DNA of 64,000 nucleotides from an uncultured Verrucomicrobiaceae bacterium (GTDB lineage: Bacteria; Pseudomonadota; Gammaproteobacteria; Pseudomonadales; CAMLJR01): NCBI GenBank assembly GCA_964515735.1, contig CAZEVP010000004.1, positions 961-64,960 of the forward strand, written 5' to 3'. Below are positions 59,793 to 64,000 of this stretch, piece by piece. The stretch's first letter is position 1. Every line of letters starts with the position of its first letter. A program made the position numbers and the translations under genes. Below the pieces are notes generated by a model, which was not told the origin of the DNA, made no database searches, and saw only the letters and a program-made list of their open reading frames with translations.

Positions 59793-61103
59793 CTATTGCG
59801 GCGTGTCGGATGGCATTAGCGCCAGCGCGTGTTCGAGCTGACGGCCGAAGCCGTGGCGCTGCCACAGGTTCAGCACGTTGATCATCATCTGCAGTACGGT
59901 GCGCACCAGCTCACTGTCGCGCACCGGCGCGTCGATGCGCGTCAGTTCCGGCGCCTGTTCCGGCAGGTGCGTGCGAATGCGCGCCGGCCCGTCCAGCAGC
60001 CACGAGATGCCCATCATCGCGACGTAGAGCAGCAGCTGCAGTTTCAGCAGTGCCGGGTCGAGCGCGGGGCCGTCGCTGCGGCGGAATTCATCGACGAACA
60101 GTGTCAGCAGCTCGTCGAGGTGGTCGTCCCACAACTGCGCCTCTGCACCGCTCAGGGCGCCCCACAGCGCCAGCGCGACGTTCATCTGGGTGACACCGCC
60201 CCAGTCCAGCAGGCCGCACTGCAGCTCGCCGCCCGCATTGCGCCAGAACCATCCGTTGTCGATGTTGGCGTTCCAGTGGATCAGCGCGATGAATTCGTCG
60301 CGGCTGCGCAGGAAGCGTTTGATTGCCGCCTCGTGTTCGACGAAATGCGGCAGCTCGTCGGCCAGTTGTTGCAGGAATTCGGGCGAGCGGATGTTGTCCG
60401 GCAGCAGCCGCGGGTAATCCGCGGCGAATGCGGCCAGTCGTTCGACACGCCGCTGCAGCTGCGCGGCGTCGTAGCGCAGCGTCAGGCTGGCATCGGCCTG
60501 CTGCGGGTCGAACGCGAATTCGCGCTCGACGCTGGCCGGCAGTTTGCCGGCCTTGTGCGTGCCGGCCAGCTGCGCCAATGCCCTGATCAGCGCCCGGTAG
60601 TGTTCCAGCGGTTGCGGCAGTTCGTAGTCGAGACATTTCTGATGGGGCGGTTCGAGGCCATCGCGGCCGAACGGAATGCGCTGAGTGATCAGCACGCCGG
60701 TGCCCGAGGCCGCGTGGTAATCGGCGAAATAGCAGGTCGGCACGGCGATCGGAAAACCCGGCGCGCGCGACAGCAGTGCCAGCCGCACCTCCGGCTCCAG
60801 TTGGTCGCGGCCGCGGTCGCGGATCGCGTCGTCGGGGTCGCGCGAGAATTTGACGAACAGTGCCGTGTGCAGCGCCGGGTCGGCGTTTTCATATTCCACC
60901 GTCAGCAGGAATTTGCGGCCGGTGCTGCCGCCGGGGCATTCGTCGAACTGCGTGATGCGGCTGACGCGGTTGTCCGGGGCGAGCGCGCCAGTGGCGCGGA
61001 AGGCATCGGTCAGAAAGGCCGTGCCGACCGCTTGCAGCGCGGTGCCGTGCGCCGGTATCCGCAGCCCGAACCTGTCGCCGGCGACCCAATCGATGACCTG
61101 CAT
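59793..61103 (-). CDS. Kinase-fold phosphotransferase (APH / ecdysteroid-kinase-like family)
   Basis: The 436-aa product has the catalytic-loop-like LIHWNANIDNGWF and the metal-binding LLDWGG, which fits the H-x-D/N-x4-N ... D-W/F-G pattern of APH/EcKL enzymes. Confidence 0.65.
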   Translation of the reverse strand: MQVIDWVAGDRFGLRIPAHGTALQAVGTAFLTDAFRATGALAPDNRVSRITQFDECPGGSTGRKFLLTVEYENADPALHTALFVKFSRDPDDAIRDRGRDQLEPEVRLALLSRAPGFPIAVPTCYFADYHAASGTGVLITQRIPFGRDGLEPPHQKCLDYELPQPLEHYRALIRALAQLAGTHKAGKLPASVEREFAFDPQQADASLTLRYDAAQLQRRVERLAAFAADYPRLLPDNIRSPEFLQQLADELPHFVEHEAAIKRFLRSRDEFIALIHWNANIDNGWFWRNAGGELQCGLLDWGGVTQMNVALALWGALSGAEAQLWDDHLDELLTLFVDEFRRSDGPALDPALLKLQLLLYVAMMGISWLLDGPARIRTHLPEQAPELTRIDAPVRDSELVRTVLQMMINVLNLWQRHGFGRQLEHALALMPSDTPQ

Positions 61104-61216
61104 GAATACTCCTCGATGCTGAATGTCGGCCGCTGCCGATGATGGAGCGATCCGCGCCTGCGGATGGGGGCGGATCGCCGATTACGAATTCGTATTTTTG
61201 CAGAGTGGAGGCGCGG

Positions 61217-61257
61217 TTGACACGACTGTCGGGGCAATATACTTTGCATCACAAAGT
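61217..61257 (+). promoter_or_regulatory. Sigma70-like promoter (TTGACA ... TATACT) overlapped by palindrome ACTTTG-CATCA-CAAAGT
   Basis: TTGACA is at 61217-61222 and TATACT at 61238-61243 (15-nt spacer; TACTTT would give a 17-nt spacer). The 17-bp palindrome is at 61241-61257. This is the divergent intergenic region between the kinase-fold gene and the membrane-protein/wHTH operon. Confidence 0.5.
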
Positions 61258-61270
61258 GAGGGGGCGCCCG

Positions 61271-61894
61271 ATGAATGACGTGAACCTGGCTCTGTCGCAA
61301 CTTTCCCGCATCCGGTCGCAACTGGTCGCGAGCACGCAGTTCCGGGGCATTGCGCCGGGTTTCAATGTGCTGATGGGCGTTCTGGTGCTGCTGGTCGCGT
61401 CGGTGCAGAGTCTGCAGCCTGTCGCATCGCTGCAGGACGGTCGCGGGTTCGTGCTGGTGTGGGCCGCTGTCATCGGAATATTTTCCGTCGTTGCGATCGT
61501 CGAGGCCGTGTTCAGGGCGCGGCGCCTGCACGGCAGCATGGCGCCGGCGATGCTGGACAGCATGTTGCAGAAGGTGTTGCCGTTCGCGATGACCGGTCTG
61601 GTCGTCACCGGGGTGATCCTCTCGTTCGCGCCGGAGAGCGCGTGGCTGCTGCCGGGCTTCTGGCTGATGCTGATCGGGCTGCAGGGGTTTTCGTTTCTGT
61701 CCAGTATGCCGCGGGGCATGGTCTGGGCGGCGATGTGGTATTTCCTGTGTGGGGCCATCGTGTTGATCGCAGCCGGTGCGAGCAGGACGCTGTCGCCGTG
61801 GATGATGGGTATCCCGTTCGCGGTCGGCTGTTTTTCGGTGGCGCTGATTGTCGGTCGAGTGGTCGGAGAGAACGGTGTCTGTAAAGAAGAGTGA
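61271..61894 (+). CDS. Hypothetical polytopic inner-membrane protein (about 5-6 TM segments)
   Basis: This is the last 207 codons of ORF 61139..61894, from the ATG at 61271 (GAGGGGG SD). Repeated hydrophobic stretches are present (GVLVLLVASV, FVLVWAAVIGIFSVVAIV, VTGVILSFA, LLPGFWLMLIGL, WYFLCGAIVLIAA, IPFAVGCFSVALIV). Confidence 0.6.
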   Translation: MNDVNLALSQLSRIRSQLVASTQFRGIAPGFNVLMGVLVLLVASVQSLQPVASLQDGRGFVLVWAAVIGIFSVVAIVEAVFRARRLHGSMAPAMLDSMLQKVLPFAMTGLVVTGVILSFAPESAWLLPGFWLMLIGLQGFSFLSSMPRGMVWAAMWYFLCGAIVLIAAGASRTLSPWMMGIPFAVGCFSVALIVGRVVGENGVCKEE

Positions 61895-62243
61895 TGCGCC
61901 TTACGCTTACGCGGGGCTCGATCGCACGTTCCACGAGAAGGCGCGGCTCGGGATCGTCAGCTCGCTGGTTGGACATGCCGAAGGGCTCTCCTTTTCCGAT
62001 CTGAAATCGCTGTGCGATCTGACCGACGGCAATCTGAGCCGGCATCTGCAGATACTGGAAGAGGCCGGCCATGTGCTGATCGAAAAGAGCTTCGAGGGAA
62101 AACGTCCGTGCACGCACTGTCGGCTGACCGATGAGGGGAGGGCACGATTCCTCGACTATCTCGGCGAGCTGGAGCGGGTGTTGCTGCAGGCGACACAGGC
62201 CGGTGAACGCAGCGACCGGAGGTCGCGGCGGGTTCCGGCATAG
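61875..62243 (+). CDS. Winged-helix (ArsR/MarR-like) transcriptional regulator
   Basis: It has LGIVSSLVGHAEGLSFSDLKSLCDLTDGNLSRHLQILEEAGHVLIEKSFEGKRPCTHCRLTDEGRARFLDYL (HTH plus wing). The GTG start at 61875 overlaps the end of the membrane-protein gene. A TTG start at 61848 is also possible. Confidence 0.7.
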   Translation: MSVKKSDAPYAYAGLDRTFHEKARLGIVSSLVGHAEGLSFSDLKSLCDLTDGNLSRHLQILEEAGHVLIEKSFEGKRPCTHCRLTDEGRARFLDYLGELERVLLQATQAGERSDRRSRRVPA

Positions 62244-62268
62244 AGAAAACAAAAAATTTTGCCTTTTT

Positions 62269-62285
62269 GCTTTGCATTACAAAGT
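62269..62285. promoter_or_regulatory. Second copy of the palindrome (GCTTTG-CATTA-CAAAGT) upstream of the ferredoxin-P450 operon
   Basis: It is 15/17 identical to 61241-61257. It lies 46 nt upstream of the ferredoxin ATG (62331) and directly downstream of the wHTH regulator gene. Confidence 0.5.
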
Positions 62286-62330
62286 TAATGAGATTGCAGA
62301 GCGATGTCGTGTGCGATTGGAGGAGAGCGG

Positions 62331-62645
62331 ATGCCGAGCGTGATCGTTGTTACTGCAATGGGTGGTGAGCAGGTGATGGAGGGGCAGCCGGGGCGCTCGC
62401 TGATGGAAATCATGCGTGACAACGGCGTCGACGAATTGCAGGCGCTGTGCGGCGGCTCCTGCTCCTGCGCCACCTGTCATGTGTGGGTCGATCCGGCCTT
62501 CGCGAACCGGCTGCCGCCGATGAGCGATCAGGAGAGTGACATGCTCGATTGCACGTCGGAGCGGCGTGAGAGCTCGCGCCTGTCGTGTCAGGTGCCGATG
62601 AGCGAGGAGCTGGACGGCATTCGCATAACGATCGCGCCGCTCTAG
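62331..62645 (+). CDS. [2Fe-2S] ferredoxin, adrenodoxin/putidaredoxin type
   Basis: The cysteine pattern is CGGSCSCATCHV...SC. The start is at M10 of the track ORF (GGAGGAGAGCGG-ATG). Confidence 0.88.
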   Translation: MPSVIVVTAMGGEQVMEGQPGRSLMEIMRDNGVDELQALCGGSCSCATCHVWVDPAFANRLPPMSDQESDMLDCTSERRESSRLSCQVPMSEELDGIRITIAPL

Positions 62646-62694
62646 GAAACCGCTGCAAGCGAGAGCCGCCCTCGGCGGCACAAGGAGAAAACAG

Positions 62695-63915
62695 ATGACA
62701 ACTTCGAAAGCATCCGGACAGCGGGTGCCCGCGCATGTGCCCGCGGCGCTGGTGCGGGACATCGACATCAACGCATTCGCCAGCGCGCTCGACGATCCTT
62801 GGCAGGCGAGCGCGCGGCTGCACGAGGGGCCGGACATCTTCTGGGCGACGACGGCCGCCAACGGCCATCCGGGCTGGGTGCTGACGCGGCAGTCGCTGTT
62901 GCAGGAGGCCTATGCCGATCCCGACCACTTCTCCAGCGAGCGCGCCGACCTGGCTGCGCTCGGGATCAACTGGAAGCTCAATCCGCTGGAGTTCGATCCG
63001 CCCGAGCATCACAAATATCGCCGGATTCTGAACCCGATGTTTTCACCGAACGCCGTCGCCGGCATGGAGACGGGGGTGCAGGCGATCTGCGACGAGCTGC
63101 TCGACGGCCTTGTCGAACGCGGCTCGTGCGAATTCATCGGCGATTTCGCCGAGAAGTTTCCCTCCTACATCTTTCTCGACCTGATGGGGATGCCGCGCGA
63201 CCGGCTGCCGCAGTTCCTGGAGTGGGAGCGGCTGCTGATGCGGGCGGCCGATCCGCGTGAGCGGGCCGCGGCGTTGCTGGCGGTGATCGACTATCTGCAG
63301 AAGTTCGTCGACGAGCAGCGCGTGCAGCCGACCACCGACCTGATGCGCGCCATTCTCGGCGGGCAGTACGAGGGCGCGCGCCCGTTGACCAACGAAGAGG
63401 TGATGGGGATGGTCACGCTGCTCTACATCGGCGGTCTGGACACCGTCTACAGCACGCTGGGCTGGATATTCCGCCATCTCGCCGGTGACGTCGCGCTGCA
63501 GGATCGGCTGCGCGACGACCCCGCGTTGCTGCCGCATGCCATCGAGGAGTTCCTGCGCACCTACCCGGTGGCGCAGCCGCACCGGAAGATCAAGCAGGAC
63601 ATCGTCTTTCACGGCGTGGAGATGCGCAAAGGCGATCACGTGCTGATGGCGACGTTCGCCGCCAACCGCGATCCGCACGCCTACACCGATCCGCACACGG
63701 TGGACATCGGGCGCAAGCCGCGCCTGCTGACCTTCGCGGCCGGGCCGCATCTCTGTCTCGGGCTGCATCTCGCCCGGCGCGAGCTGCGGATCGTGGTCGC
63801 GGCCTTCCTGGAGCGCTGCAGGAACATACGGCTGGTTCCCGGCGAAAAATTCGAATGCCACACCGGCGGCACCTGGGGCGTCGACCGGCTGATGCTGACG
63901 TGGGATCCGGTCTGA
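62695..63915 (+). CDS. Cytochrome P450 monooxygenase
   Basis: The heme loop is FAAGPHLCLGLHLA, the I-helix is GGLDTVYSTLG, and ExxR is EEFLR. An AAGGAG SD is present. Confidence 0.92.
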   Translation: MTTSKASGQRVPAHVPAALVRDIDINAFASALDDPWQASARLHEGPDIFWATTAANGHPGWVLTRQSLLQEAYADPDHFSSERADLAALGINWKLNPLEFDPPEHHKYRRILNPMFSPNAVAGMETGVQAICDELLDGLVERGSCEFIGDFAEKFPSYIFLDLMGMPRDRLPQFLEWERLLMRAADPRERAAALLAVIDYLQKFVDEQRVQPTTDLMRAILGGQYEGARPLTNEEVMGMVTLLYIGGLDTVYSTLGWIFRHLAGDVALQDRLRDDPALLPHAIEEFLRTYPVAQPHRKIKQDIVFHGVEMRKGDHVLMATFAANRDPHAYTDPHTVDIGRKPRLLTFAAGPHLCLGLHLARRELRIVVAAFLERCRNIRLVPGEKFECHTGGTWGVDRLMLTWDPV

Positions 63916-63973
63916 CGCATCGCGTTCGACACATTAACGACAATTCCACCGATAACAATCACAGGGGAGCGCA

Positions 63974-64000
63974 ATGAACGACATGAATGGGAAAGGCCAC
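63974..64000 (+). CDS. Start of an unidentified ORF running off the right edge
   Basis: ATG at 63974 (MNDMNGKGH...) is preceded by GGGGAG. Only 9 codons are visible. Confidence 0.25.

Overview
This is a high-GC chromosomal segment (about 65-70% by my spot counts), probably proteobacterial. The rnt-pyrC-motY-like arrangement resembles Pseudomonas-type Gammaproteobacteria, but that is inference. The left edge (1-5 kb) is housekeeping: rnt, pyrC, a MotY-like OmpA protein, a nucleoside deaminase, tRNA-Ser(CGA), and an isochorismatase/GlxA pair. From about 5.4 kb to the right edge the window is one very large catabolic supercluster built around CoA thioesters and oxygenases. It holds three sets of heteromeric or fused acyl-CoA dehydrogenases, four crotonases, a double-hotdog MaoC hydratase, a thiolase, an acyl-CoA synthetase and two family-III CoA-transferases. 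It also holds a HyuB/HyuA ATP-dependent enzyme, two cytochrome P450s, two adrenodoxin-type ferredoxins, a Rieske oxygenase with a Rieske ferredoxin, a KstD-like flavoprotein, a fused IOR-like oxidoreductase, a TonB-dependent receptor, SDRs, AKRs and AraC regulators. I read this as sterol, bile-acid or terpenoid-like catabolism, which is inference. Three small lower-GC islets interrupt the cluster at convergent-gene junctions, and none carries an integrase or transposase. Islet 1 (11.9-14.0 kb) has an RHH/ParE toxin-antitoxin pair, an orphan HicB-like gene, and an I-TevI-like GIY-YIG nuclease with an unrecognised N-terminal domain. Islet 2 (35.5-39.2 kb) is a vWA(TerY-like)-PP2C-Ser/Thr kinase triad, a family already described as TerY-P and similar to the E. 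coli yegL/yegK/yegI arrangement. Islet 3 (57.1-58.9 kb) has parDE plus a translationally coupled two-gene cassette: an unknown 136-aa protein and a TerB-like/BRCT protein. That cassette is my best candidate for an undescribed conflict or DNA/phospho-sensing module. Other observations are a perfect 71-nt palindrome made of the tRNA-Ser 3' end and its inverted copy, a REP-like family (CCCCTCTCCC-TTCA-GGGAGAGGGG) at three intergenic sites, a 107-bp nested inverted-repeat element, tandem 13-14-bp repeats upstream of a P450, and a 17-bp palindrome shared by two promoters flanking a wHTH regulator. I saw no rRNA, CRISPR array, integrase or transposase. Many long ORFs in the track are antisense shadow ORFs typical of high-GC DNA, and I did not call them.
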